NCBI RefSeq assembly: GCF_006345805.1
Contig: NC_042999.1
Span: 33,852,001-33,916,000, forward strand
DNA length: 64,000 nucleotides
Reading direction: 5' to 3'
Source: Octopus sinensis
Lineage: Eukaryota
Part shown: one piece after another, positions 12,331 through 25,493 of the stretch
Numbering within the stretch: the stretch's first letter is position 1
Layout: each line of letters begins with the position of its first letter
Position numbers and translations under genes: made by a program
Notes under the pieces: model-generated
What the model saw: only the letters and a program-made list of their open reading frames with translations
What the model was told of the DNA's origin: nothing
Databases searched by the model: none

Positions 12331-13506
12331 TAGTTTATTTAACATGATCAGATCAGTGGAATGTAAGAATGATAATGGCTGTGTTTTACATTTGAAAATA
12401 AATGAACACATCATAGTATTTGTTCATTAATCAATTTGTTGTTTGTAATATAGTGCTCATTATATGGAATCCGACCGTATTTAAAATGTTCGTTCTTGTC
12501 TATGCAGCTGCCACTTCAGTTTCTGATATATTTGTTGTCAGAATGAAATATATTTACACATTACAATTACAATACTTACTGCTGCTTTAAGATGTCTATT
12601 TCATAAATGAATGAGTAGCTGGTGATATATTCCCACAATGTGCTATATTATTATAGTGTATTGACACATTTATTAAATTTATGAAAGCAATGCAAATACT
12701 CAGCAAAAAGTAAATGAAAGTATGTATAATTTGACAAATGTACTTGATGCCACATACACTTTTATCTTGACTGAAAATCGTAGGTGGAATCTGGTTAAAT
12801 GTTATCTTGAATATATTGCATTAATGTTTGTTAAGTAAAATCAAGAATCCAAATTAACCAGTGATGTGTTACCAAAATGTAATAAATATTGAAGTGCAAA
12901 GATATGTAAAACTTATTAGATCTAAGTGGTGTGGTATATGAACTGTCCTGGCTTAGAGAATGTGGTAAGTATTAGTTTTCCTGTTTTCTTTATTTTTCTT
13001 CTTTCTTTTCTCCTATTTTATTTTTTTCCTCTAAGCAGATATAACAGAAGAAAGCTGGTTAGATCATTTTATCTAAATAGAGACGGAAGATTTTTCGCGT
13101 TCATATTTGAATTTCTTGCGTTTCTGTTGTCTTACTTTCTTTTATTCGCTCCTTAATTTGGTGGCCATCTAACAAGAAGGCAAACGACAATAAACATCTG
13201 CTGTGAGACAACTTCACTTATGTACCTGATGACTCCCAGGCTACAAAATCCGTGCAGCATAACATGTTGAATGGAGTCCCAAACATAAAGGACAATAGCA
13301 AGATGGTTCGAAACGAACGTTGTAAATAATAAAGGTTTAATGCTGAATCTATTATATGTTAATTAATGTAATTACCATAACTTCAACTGCGGAGTTCCTG
13401 AAGTAGATCCAACGTAAGTGTACCACGGCTGCGGATGACATCAAGTAGCCTAAAAATTGCCAGTGCCCTACTCAGCATTTAAACACACATAAACGACATA
13501 AACGTA

Positions 13507-13676
13507 GGCGCAGGAGTGGCTGTGTGGTAAGTAGCTTGCTTACCAACCACATGGTTCCGGGTTCAGCCCCACTGCGTGGCATCTTAGGCAAGTGTCTTCT
13601 GCTATAGCCCCGGACCGACCAATGCCTTGTGAGTGGATTTGGTGGACGGAAACTGAAAGAGGCCTGTCGTATATAT

Positions 13677-13713
<37 letters not shown>

Positions 13714-13900
13714 CCTGTGTTTGTCCCCCTAGCATTGCTGACAACCGATGCTGATATATGTTTACGTGCCCGTCACCTAGCGGTTCGGCAAAAGAGACCG
13801 ATAGAATAAGTACTGGGCTTACAAAGAATAAGTCCTGGGGTCGACTAAAGGCGGTGCTCCAGCATGGCCGCAGTCAAATGACTGAAACAAGTAAAAGAGA
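13507..13900 (+). mobile_element. tRNA-derived SINE family A with internal microsatellite
   Basis: Head gcaggagtggctgtgtgg (box A) and ggttcagcccc (box B), central (TA)n(TG)n, tail gactgaaacaagtaaaaga. Several near-identical copies occur in the window. Confidence 0.9.
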
Positions 13901-13971
13901 GTATACTTATTAGTGCAAAATATTTATTATTATTATCATCATACACACACACACGCACACATATATTTACA

Positions 13972-14420
13972 TACGGGGTCTTATCAGTAACGAAGCAAAA
14001 ACACGCAGTGAAGTTGCTTGTCACAGATTGACCTTGAAGTCTGCTACGTTCTAGCTCGCCTCCTCTGTTTACAGCAGCACTTGGAAGGAAGATGTGTTGC
14101 GTGTGATTGCTGCATCGACTTTGACAGAAAGTTGAGCACAGAATCTGTATCAAATATTCCTAAATGTTTGGTGATACCTGCTCAGAGACCTACGCAAAAT
14201 TTTCAAAAAGTTTTCAACGTTCTCAGCACAATCAAGGAGACCTGAAATCCAAGTGTCGATTTGGTCAGCTGTAAAGAGTTTCGGCACAAACTTGGCAGAC
14301 ACGCGTCGCATACCCAAATCTTCAATTATAATGGACTAAACTGAACCGTAACTCATCTGCACGTCCTCTGATGACTCACGGACTTCGCTAACTTCAAGAT
14401 TTCACAGATGTAGATGCCTG
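13972..14420 (-). mobile_element. Internally deleted mariner fragment
   Basis: Translation MSYGSV*SIIIEDLGMRRVSAKFVPKLFTADQ, and a TIR-like end tacggggtcttatcagtaacg. Confidence 0.7.
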
Positions 14421-14459
14421 TTGCATAACAATAGATTTGTGTAGCTCCAGTATTATCGT

Positions 14460-14720
14460 ATTACAAAAGGGTTTTTTTTTCGATCTCATATTGGACGAAG
14501 ACGTTGAAATACTGACTTTGCTTTATCAATCCTGACTTCAACTTTTGTGTTCTCTTCGTTGGGAATATATCTTCCGTGATAAGTAAGATTATCAAAGTAC
14601 TGGATTTCATTTTCTCTGGGATTGTCAAGTTATGCTTGCGCACTACCAAGTGGCATAGCTTTGGTCTCTCCAGCGTTGATTCGCAGCACTGATTCTTCCC
14701 CAAATTGAACAGACTGTCAT
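14460..14720 (-). mobile_element. RTE-like LINE fragment (post-RT region)
   Basis: Translation ETKAM...EIQYFDNLTYHGRYI...KVEVRIDKAKSVFQRLRPI resembles the KTK.M / F.YLGS / RI.KA..F..L..IW motif series. Confidence 0.55.
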
Positions 14721-15242
14721 GGCCTGCAACGTATTTCTATCAGAGCTTTGTAAACCCAACATGTCAGCAAAATCCATATTTCTCATTCTGTCCAATCACG
14801 ACGTAATTCCGAAGCTGGTGCTTGTCCATGTCTTACGTATGATGACGTCAATCGTTATAAGGAAAGAAATAGCGACATGGTGCACCGCTGTCTCACTCCG
14901 GTAGCAATTTCGAGCATATCGGTGATTCCACTGCTCGTCTTCAGGCAACACTGCGAGTTGCAGTACAGAAACTTAACGTTGATGAGATATCAGCTCGAGA
15001 CCCCGGACAATATAACTTACGCAATGTAGAGTCTATAAATGAGAAGACAAATAAGTAGACATATAAGGTTTCAACTGTCTATACGATCGTTGTAGTTTAG
15101 AGTGAAGGCGTCAGCTGTGACATTACTAGCTTTGTAAAGATGTATTTTCGATTTCACCTCTGTTTTTGATAATACAAAATTGAAATCAATAGTGGCTGTA
15201 GTATTTTGATTTAGTAGTACTATGGATTTTAATACCTTTCTA

Positions 15243-16015
15243 AGACGGAGGAGCTGGCAGAATCGTTAGCACGCCGGGCGAAATGCGTAGCCGTATTTTG
15301 TCTGCCGCTACGGTCTGAGTTCAAATTCCGCCTAGGACGACTTTGCCTTTCATCCTTTCGGGGTCAATAATTAAAGTACCAGTTTCGCACTGGGGTCGAT
15401 GTAATCGACTTAATCCCTTTGTCTGTCCTTGTTTGTCCCCTCTATGTTTAGCCCCTTGTAGGTAGTAAAGAGATATATATCATTTGCACGTTGTGGTAAA
15501 AATGCCAACATCACTACGCAAATGATACTGCCATCATCTATAAAAGTTAACCCAAAGTTTCGCCGCTGTGCCTTCCGTCATCTACAAAAGTCATGCCCGA
15601 GTCATTAAGACTTTAATTCACTTCTACTGGCCCAGTTTTCTTTAACATCCAGTTACGCACTGGGGTCGATCTAATCGACTTAATCCCTTTGTCTGTCCTT
15701 GTTTGTCCCCTCTATGTTTAGCCCCTTGTGGACAATAAAGAAATAAGAATCGTTAGCTGGTTGCACAAAATGCTTAACGGCATTCTCCCCGTCTTATAGG
15801 GCGGCGAACTGGCAGAATCGTTAGCAAGTCGAGCAAAATGGTTAACGGCATTTCACACGTCTTTACTTTCTGCGTTCAAAAATCCGCTGGAGTCAAGATT
15901 GTATTTCATCCATTTCGGGGTCGATAAATTGAGTACGAATGGAGTGCTGGTGTCGATGTAATCGATTTAGTTCCTCCCCCGAACTTGCAGGTCTTGTGCC
16001 AAAATTTGAAACCAG
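15243..16015 (+). mobile_element. Cluster of SINE family B copies (full copy, 3' half, partial head, diverged copy)
   Basis: Box A tggcagaatcgtt and box B gagttcaaattcc, with body gactttgcctttcatcctttcggggtc, at 15243-15472, 15647-15748 and 15800-16015. Confidence 0.9.
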
Positions 16016-16559
16016 ATTTAATGCATTTTTCTTCTAGATAAAATACAGGTAAAATATAAATATACTTGACAAGGTAAAGAATGAATTTGAAATATGTGTG
16101 TAAATATCATTCAAAAATCAATCATCATTAAGGTTTTTGAGTTCTCTATTGACGTCATCAACATAAGCATTATGATGAATAGGTTCGTTTTGATTGTAAT
16201 ATACACCGACGCAGGCTTTGCACTAGCATTGACTGTTTATATATTCCACACATAACTATTGTCTCTATAGCCATAAACTCCATGCGCATTCTTTTATATT
16301 ATCACGATTTTCATCGTCTATCTGCGCTTGTTTATGGACTATATATATTAAGGCATAATACTGATTCCATTGGAATCACGAACACGTCTCACGAAATATT
16401 GAGAGATCTACAATACTAAGATATTCTATAGTCTTGAAAAAAATTGACATTTTATCACTCTGTATAGGTCAGGGCACATTGCACTAATGACCTCCTTGTC
16501 AATTCGTCACGTCTCCCCATTATTATCATCCCTAACATTATCATCCCTAAAGAGATTTT

Positions 16560-16693
16560 CCTCCTCAGTCTCCTCATTTTCTTCTACATCCTCATCCTTC
16601 CCCTCCTCTTCCGTATCATCATCTTCATCGTCTTCTTCTTCGTCGTCATCATCGCCGTCGCCATCGTCGTCATCATCAACATGATCGTGGTTG

Positions 16694-16726
<33 letters not shown>

Positions 16727-16823
16727 ACATGATCGTGATCGTCGTCATCATAATCAACTGGATCATTTTCATGATGATATCATGACAGTGGTTTGGGAAT
16801 GGAAATGGAGAAGGTGATGATGA

Positions 16824-16857
<34 letters not shown>

Positions 16858-16905
16858 GGTGGTGGGGTTGATGATGAGAATGATGGTGATGATCATGATA
16901 ACGAT
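16560..16905. repeat. Trinucleotide low-complexity tract: (CAT/CGT)n switching to (GAT/GGT)n
   Basis: Seen directly in the sequence; it is the source of the poly-S and poly-M ORFs. Confidence 0.9.
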
Positions 16906-17333
16906 GTTTCCCTCATTAGTTGTAAGATGCGAAGTAATTCATACAAGCTATGATCGACTTAGCACGTAGCAACGTAATCATCACGCGTCTCTCATCTTAC
17001 CGCAGGGCAGTTTCTGTTTCTTTGACTACATACAGTCAATTACCAACAGAGAGCATACTAAGTCAAGAAAATCGTGACGTTTCATAAAAGATTGTGCAGC
17101 ATCAATTGAAAAACGGCCGTAAACAGAGTTCAAATTCCGCCGAGGTTCACTTTGAATTTCATTCTTTAGGGCTCGATAAAATAACTACCAGGTGAGAAAT
17201 GATCCATGTAAACGACTACACACCTCTCTCGAAATTTCTGGCCTTGTGCCAATACCTGAAACCAATATTTCGAGAGTATCGTGGAAACGGTACAACGTTA
17301 TAAACAGAGCATAAAACAATTTGCAAGAATATT

Positions 17334-18118
17334 TATTTCTTTATTGTCCACAGGGAGCTAAACATTGAGGGGACAAACAAGGAGATACAACGGGATTATG
17401 TCGATTATATCGAACCCAGTGCGTAACTGGTACATATTTAATCGACCCCCGAAAATGATGAAAGGCAAAGTTAACCTCGGCGGAATTTGAACTCAGAACG
17501 TAGCTGCATAGGAAATGCCTATTTCTTTACTACCCACAAGGGGCTAAACACAGAGGGGACAAACAAGGACAGGCAAAGGGATTAAGTCAATTACATCGAC
17601 CCCAGTGCGTAACTGGTACTTAATTTATCGACCCCGAAAGGATGAAAGGCAAAGTCATCCTAGGCGGAATTTGAACTCAGAACGTAACGGCAGACGAATT
17701 AACTATTTCTTTACTACCCACAAGGGGCTAAACACAGAGGGGACAAACAAGGACAGACAAACGGATTAAGTCGATTACATCGACCCCAGTGCGCAACTGG
17801 TACTTAATTTATTGACTCCGAATGGTTGAAAGGCAAAGTCGTCCTAGGCGGAATTTGAACTCAGAACGTAACGGCAGACGAATTAACTATTTCTTTACTA
17901 CCCACAAGGGGCTAAACACAGAGGGCACAAACAAGGACAGACAAACGGATTAAGTCGATTACATCGACCCCAGTGCGGAACTGGTTCTTAATTTATCGAC
18001 CCCGAAAGGATGAAAGGCAAAATCGACCTCGGCGGAATTTGAACTCAACGCAACGGCAGACGAAATACCGCATAGCATTCCGCCCAGTGTGCTAATGTTT
18101 CTGCCAGCTCGCCGCCTT
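17334..18118 (-). mobile_element. Head-to-tail array of four SINE B units (one with head, three headless)
   Basis: Unit starts on + at 17334, 17520, 17704 and 17888 (period 184-186). The box A head is present only at 18070-18118. Confidence 0.92.
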
Positions 18119-19349
18119 AATTAGCGAGAATATTAGCTTCATAACAAAAACAAATCCGATATCATTGTACTTATAACTATCCACTAAAAGAATATTCACG
18201 TCAAGAATAAGTAGGATAGTAATACCGAATATAACGATGGAAAAGAAAGGATATATTTAGTATGTTTACAGAAAAGAAATTAGATGTTGATAAAGAAGAG
18301 TAGGGAGAGGCTCAGGAAGATACACTGAAGTGGAGATAATACGTGCGAGAATGACTATGAGAGGATGAGAGAAATAATTAAATTGGAAGTAATATATGAA
18401 AATGATGGAAAAGATAATCAGATAGATTGGAAGTGAATAAGGAAGCAAAAACGGTTTATATATCGAGCGGATATATTGGGCTAAAAATAAAGGAAGAATG
18501 GAAATGTACCAAAATACATATTTATATACGAGAATTGATCAATGTTTACGATAGAAATCTAAAGACACTCGAATCAATGAAACGCGGATTTCGAATGCAA
18601 CATATTAGTAGCTTAGCCTGAAATATTAACTTACAAGTCAATCTGCTAAGATACTGTGCAACAGCGATATGTAGGTTATTGCATCATTGTAAGTCTGTTT
18701 GCCAACCGACGTATATTTGACCTTGGCTGCTGACTGCATTCCTGATTTATGCAGCTGTATGTAGTTCTTTGTTTCTTTTGAGAGTACACAAATAAAGAAA
18801 GAAGCTTAATAACTAAATACAGAAACGCGTATATCCAGAGATTTATTGCTAGCAATGCTTGCACTTTAAATCAAGAAATCAGTAAGAAACAATTTTGTTT
18901 TCATTTCGTTTAATATTTGGAATGTAATCCTCTGTATTAGTTATACAATGTAACTGCCCGCCTTACAGTTGACGCGGCTCATATTTATTAAATGTATTTA
19001 CGCTAGACAATGCATAAAGAAATATTTGAGTAATTTATAAGTAAATACTTAACGATTTTCCTACATGCTCACTCATCTTTGTAGCAGTTAACATAATAGA
19101 AAGCATTCTACTAAAGGCATGCTACTTTCTTCATTCTTGTTAATACTCATAAACAAAATGGCATTTGACAAGAGGAGACAAAAAATATTGTAAAAAATAT
19201 CTTTAATTTAAAAATGTGTATAGATGAGTCTCTATCACAACATCATATATTTTTGCTGGTGAAGTTAACGTTATATTAATTATTGTTCTGCTGGATATAT
19301 TGGTTTCAAATTTTGATCACAATGTCAGCAAATTCAGCAGAGGAGGTAA

Positions 19350-19490
19350 GACGATAACATTGACCTCAATGCTCAACTGGTAATTATTTTATCGACCTCG
19401 AAAGGAGGAAAGGCAAAGTGGACTCTGACGGAAATTGAACTCAGAACACCAAGACAGATGAAATATCTTGCTAGTTCGTTGCCTTTAACA
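19350..19490 (-). mobile_element. Diverged SINE B-like copy
   Basis: Contains ttatcgacctcgaaaggaggaaaggcaaagtggactc...gaactcagaac. Confidence 0.65.
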
Positions 19491-20048
19491 GACCAGATAT
19501 TAAGAGTAAAAATTTATTTAAATTAATCATATCATCAAATAATCTAGTTATATTTTATTGTTTCTTTATTTTAGAATAAAACATGATCGTTATATTTTAT
19601 TTTAATTGTATTTTAAAACCATTATTTAAAAAATTATATTTCAAATTATGTAATATATATTAGCAATCGCTTCCAGCAATAATCCGCTGTTTCCGTCAAT
19701 ATGTTGTAACTTCGAATAACAGTTAAAATATATCACGTTGTATCTACCATTTATGAAGAAATAACGCACTGCAAATTTCAACATTATATTTTTTTTTGTT
19801 TTTTGTTTTTTAATCTACATTAACATTTGTAAATCTGCAAGAAATGTGCATTAGAAAATGCCTGAACACAAATGTCGGAAAAACTTTCAGCTAAAGTCAA
19901 ATTTCTGTTATTGTAATCAGCATATTACTTCTTTCGTCGAGGACGAATTTGCTGTTAACATTCCCAAGTAAGTAGACGACTACAATTATAGATTAAGTAA
20001 TAATGATTATATTTTCTGCAGGAACGAAAACTTCAATAGAAATATGTA

Positions 20049-22452
20049 CAGTCTACCCTCGCTCTTATGCCACCCTGATTTTCCGCCAACGCCGCTTACC
20101 GTCATAAAATTATCCAGACCCGATTTTCGCCTATGTTGTTAACTAACGTTTAATTCTCCCGATTTTATGCCCCTCGGTATCCGCCATAAGCCAATACAAT
20201 TTGCAATACGAACGTTCCTTAATAGCATAAAACTACCCCCGGTTTACCGCCAAATCACAGCAAATTTACCGCTCAAACAGTTTTGTCATAATTCAAAAGC
20301 ATTTATAATCATACATACAGGTTAGAAATCTTGAGGGCACAGACCTTCAAGTCAAGCATGCTAACAGACAGTAGCACAACTGTAAAACTAGTGCATGTAA
20401 TCGATTTAGCATCTACTAACGACGGTAACTTGTCATTCCCTGCTCATAAATTTGGGTCATAATCTATGTTTTGTTTTAATGAACAAGTTTATAAAAGAGA
20501 CTTTTTAATATCATTTTTCAACATGAACGCTATTTCATGTAAACGCAAACGCTCTGCCATTACAGTTGCAGGGAAACAAGAAGTTATTAAATAACAGAAA
20601 GTCCATCTAAAAGCTAGTCAACGAGGTATTCCAGATTATTTCAGTAATGCATGGGCAGAAAATATCAAACGAAGAACTGTAGTTGACATTATTCAACAGA
20701 AAGATAAGAGCAAACTTATTGAAGATCCAGAAGTAAAACGTCAAAAATCCGCCAAACACACAGATTTAGTAGCTCTTTTTTATGGTTTACGAGAATTCGT
20801 ACTAACAGATGTTATAACAGATGAAATCTTGAGAAACAAAGCAAAACTCTTGGTCCAGAATTGAATATAAAATATTTATATTATTCCAATAGTTGGCTTC
20901 ATAGAGTTAAGCAGAGATCCGTAATGAAAGTCTGGTTCTTTCAGGTGAAAGTGCTGAGACCAACAACTTATTACTCCTTGTTTACAGCGTGCTGAAGTGG
21001 AAATGAAGAAATTTGAATCAAGAAATATTTTTGATATCGATGAAACAAGTTTATTTTTTCGCCAATTACCTAGTAAATCATTTACAACAAAATAATTTAC
21101 CAAAAGCGTCAAAAAGCAAAACTAAAGACTTACGCTGACACTAGCTTGTAATGCTGATGGCAGAGAAAAACTACGACCTCTTGGAAGAATGGCCAAACCC
21201 CGATGTTTTAAGTATTTCAACAAAAAAACTTTATGTAGATTACGACTACAATAGCAAAGTTTAGATGAACACAAGTACGTTTAGCAGTTGGATGAAAGAC
21301 CTTGATAAGAAAATGAGACTTCAGCTGCGAAAAATTTTACTGATAAATGGACAATGCCCCTGGACACAACATACCCGATAAGCTCAGCGAAGTATGAGTT
21401 CATTTTCTCCTACCGACAACAACGCATCACCTACAACCCCTAGACTCCGGAATAATTTACAACTTCAAATCTAACTAGAAACAGCATCAGTTACACCAAA
21501 TAATCACTCAGCTATACGAAAGTAGTATTTATGTTGTCACCCTAATGCTATTCCATACATTAAAATATCTTGGGACTCTCTGACACCCTCTGCTATTTCT
21601 AGCTACTGACACTACACTGGTCTCACCAAAAAGCCCGAAATCACAGACAGAAGTTGAAAACAGTGATGACGACGTCAACATACCACTAACTGAACTGATT
21701 GAACAAACTGGTACTAAACTTAATACTGACACTTCATTGGTGATGACTGCATTAGCTTCAACAACCATGAAAAAAGAAATTACGGAAATGACCGATCAAG
21801 AAAGTAATGACACGGTAAAACTGCTAGAACAAATGGATGAATGGGAACCCGCCCCAAAACATAATCCTACAACAAAAGATGTAAGAAAATCCCTGAATTT
21901 TCTTCGTTTATCGATACTACTGAAGATTTATTACTTCTGGAAAAAATAGAAAAAACGTTTTAATTCTATTAAAAATTGGAAATATAAGCAAAAAAATACG
22001 TTGGATGTCTTCACAAAATAATTTTTTAAAATTATTTGTTCTTTATTGTTTAACATTAAACTGAATTTGCTCAGCAATAAAACATTTGTTGTAAATATTT
22101 CAAATAAAATCTAAAAGATAATCACATTACATTATAGTTGATGTTACAACAAGGGCCTAACAAGCAGAGAGGGTGGGGAAGGGCAAGAAGAGCTATAAGT
22201 TCTCTTTCCTTCTCCTCTCAAATTCGAATTTGATCCCTTTCTTTCTTTTTTGATGATTTTATATGGAAATTTTGTTTACACATCAAACAGCTTGTTTTGC
22301 CCATACCGCTTTCGAAAAGAGAGCTACGCTACTGTGCTATAAAACAAGCGGCTTTATTTCTACTACAGAAAGCCTCCCTCAATTTACCCCACCCGCGTTA
22401 AACCGCCAATTTGTCATGGTCCAGTTGGTGGCGATATAACGAGGGTGGACGG
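20049..22452 (+). mobile_element. Tigger/pogo (CENP-B-like) DNA transposon, full-length decayed
   Basis: TIRs cagtctaccctcgctcttatgccacc and ggtggcgatataacgagggtggacgg, flanked by TA. Translation from 20523 gives KRKRSAITV, VITDEILRNKAK, IFDIDETSLFFRQLPSKS, LTLACNADGREKLRP, DNAPGH and LQPLDSGII. Confidence 0.92.
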
Positions 22453-22669
22453 TACATTAAATTGCTTTATCCTCTTAACATTTTGAGAACATCTCTGATT
22501 TTTCTATGGCATGTTCTCAAACTTGCATGTAGTTAATGTTCAGTTGTGCACTAATACAGGAAAATACGTCACTCATCCATGTTGTTAATGAGCGACTATT
22601 AATATCAATAAATAACTGACAATTTCTCAGTATCATGGGTGAATATATAAGAGTATGTGTGTGAATGAG

Positions 22670-22925
22670 TGTCATGTGATCATGTGACCGACCAGGCTAC
22701 AAGATGTTATTAAACATCGCTGATCACAATGTGATTTTGCATTGGTTTAGCCTTCGAAGACGACACAGCGCTGGCTAGTCGAGCAGGCCTTCATTCCCAC
22801 TGACTGAAAGGAGACTGGAGCAATGTAAAATGAAGTATTTTGCTCAAGAACACAATGCGCCGCCCAGTCAAGGAATCGAACCCACGATCTAGTGGTTGTG
22901 AGTGCAATAAGCTAAACGTTAGTTA
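22670..22925 (-). mobile_element. Diverged CORE-like tRNA SINE (family C variant with a different tail)
   Basis: Contains ttttgctcaagaacacaatgcg...ggaatcgaacccacg, the reverse complement of a box B plus the gtgtccttgagcaa domain. Confidence 0.65.
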
Positions 22926-23614
22926 AAGTTACATTTCTGTTATTGTATATATAATTCATGAGCCACATCAGCTAGCGGTAACATCCGGGGTGAACACACC
23001 TAAGTGTTACCAAAATGTTTATAGCATCACTATGAGTGTAAAAATGTGATAGCTCTTTCGGTTCCGCAGCCTTGTTCTTTTTTGGTTTTTTTTACGAAGA
23101 TTTGCTTCATGGTATACTGAGTACCCGTGGCAGTTCTAGAACATGGCTAACCTGCAGCTGCTATGCTACTAGAAACTCTTTGGAGACTTGAAACCAATTG
23201 ATACAATTTTTCCCAGCGGCAGTATTGTTGGGTGCACATAACAAAAATTAACGGGATTCATGCGTTATGTTTCGTTTTATGTTCAAAATATATCATGCAT
23301 ATGAAATATGCAATTTTAGACTAAGCATAAACACATCTAGATTATAATCTGATCGGTGGTTCATTTCTTTGGCCTAGCAATAGAGAAAATAAAAGACGCT
23401 TGAGAGATATTTGTTTGCAGTTTCCTATGTAGGGTATGCCTATTTATGAAGTGATAACTACAACTAAGCTACCACTCTGACAAGACTATCATACATAAAT
23501 AGAAACTAAAGACATATAGGACGTCAAAAATAGCCACAAGAAATATTTACACCATGTGGAACTGATACAGAAATTTGAGGGGCTGCGCTCAAAGTCTAAT
23601 ATATATATATACCC

Positions 23615-23779
23615 GGCGCAGGAGTGGCTGTGTGGTAAGTAGCTTGTTTACCAACCGCATGGTTCCGGGTTCAGTCCCACTACGTGGCACCTTGGGCAAG
23701 TTTCTCCTACTATAACCTCGGGCCAACCAAAGCCTTGTAAGTGGATTTGGTAGACGGAAACTGAAAGAAGCCCGTCGTA

Positions 23780-23812
<33 letters not shown>

Positions 23813-24010
23813 GTAAATGTGTGTGGATATATGTTTGTGTGTCTGTGCTTGTCCCCCTAGCATTGCTTGACAAACGATGGTGGTGTGTTTATGTCCCTGT
23901 CACTTAGCGGTTCGGCAAAAGAGACCAATAGAATAAGTACTGGGCTTGCAAAGAATAAGTCCCATGCTCCAGCATGGCCGCAGTCAACTGACCGAAACAA
24001 GAGTAAAAAG
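23615..24010 (+). mobile_element. SINE family A
   Basis: Same head, internal microsatellite and tail as the copy at 13507. Confidence 0.9.
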
Positions 24011-24055
24011 TGAGTATATATATATATATACATATTATATATATATATTATATAT

Positions 24056-24154
24056 ATTCAGTGCCTGATTATCACCTTATCGCTTCATACTGCAAGATTA
24101 AGTATATATATATACAATGCTAGGGGGCCAAACACAGACACACAAACATACACC

Positions 24155-24228
<74 letters not shown>

Positions 24229-24290
24229 ATATATATATATATACTTAATCTTGCAGTATGAAGCGATAAGGTGATAATCAGGCACTGAAT
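24056..24290. repeat. Perfect 50-bp inverted repeat around a SINE A fragment and (TA)n
   Basis: 24056-24105 is the exact reverse complement of 24241-24290. Confidence 0.95.
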
Positions 24291-24357
24291 TATGAATCTA
24301 CTGCATCCTACAGCAGAAACAGTTGTAAGCTACTGAAGTTCCCTTGTCATCACAATG

Positions 24358-24437
<80 letters not shown>

Positions 24438-24439
24438 TT

Positions 24440-24812
24440 GTACTCTTGAACTTGTTGCAGTCATTTGACTGTGGCCATGCTGGAGCACCGCCATTACTCG
24501 AGCAATCAACCCCAGGACATATTCATTGTAAGCCTAGTACTTATTACACCGGTCTCGTTTTCTGGAACCGCTAAGTTACGGGAACATAAGCACACCAGTA
24601 CTGATTGTCAAGCGATGTGGGGGGGGGGGGTCAAATATAAACACACATATGCGTACATATACAAATATACGACAGGCTTATTTCCGTTTCCCTCTACCAA
24701 ATTCAGTTCTCAAGGATTTGGTTAGCCCGAGGCTATAGTAGAAAACACTCGCCAAAGGTGCCACGCAATGGGACTGAACCCGGAACCATGTGGTTGGCAT
24801 GCAAGCTACCTA
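24440..24812 (-). mobile_element. SINE family A (diverged, head truncated by CA repeat)
   Basis: Reverse complement of the family A body and tail. Confidence 0.85.
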
Positions 24813-24841
24813 CCAAACACACACACACATACACACACATA

Positions 24842-24913
<72 letters not shown>

Positions 24914-24941
24914 ACTAGCAGAGATACCCAGCGTTGCCCGA
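24914..24941 (+). mobile_element. HINE/Helentron-type terminus
   Basis: actagcagagatacccagcgttgcccg resembles the terminus at 11523. Confidence 0.4.
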
Positions 24942-25419
24942 TTACATTCAATTGAAGAATTGGACTTTTCTGTAATGAACTGGAATAACTGTGTTTCGAA
25001 TTTCATCAAAATTGCAGATGAGGGTTATTTCCCTCTTTACACACCCTAATAAATTTGTAATCGTGCCATATGTATCCAATACTACTGATTTCTATGCGCA
25101 TATTCCAAAATTTCAGTGATATTGAACCTGTTAAAAATATTTTGCTCCTAAAAAAAAGGTCATGGAGCTCTAAAATGTGAGAGTTAAGGCCCCTGTTGTG
25201 GGTGGCCATCTTAAAGTCAACCAGAGAAGTTGAATTGTTGAAAAGCTTTTTAACTTGGGTCTTATATCTATTGTTTGAATTTCTTTGAAATAGGAAATAT
25301 ATGTTCACTGCGTTTGTAAAAGAGTGCAAAGCTACAGGAAGCCAAAAGACGAATGATCGCAATAAGCAGTCAGTTACCCTACTCTAGTCGTAACTTGAAG
25401 TACCGGTTCAAGAACTATG

Positions 25420-25493
<74 letters not shown>

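Noticed and set aside
17334-18118. CRISPR-like or satellite interpretation of the regular array
   Set aside because: The units are whole 184-bp SINE bodies with no repeat-spacer structure, and the DNA is eukaryotic.
25006-25362. 118-aa minus-strand ORF
   Set aside because: It has no recognisable domain or splice context, and the sequence looks like non-coding transposon subterminal DNA.
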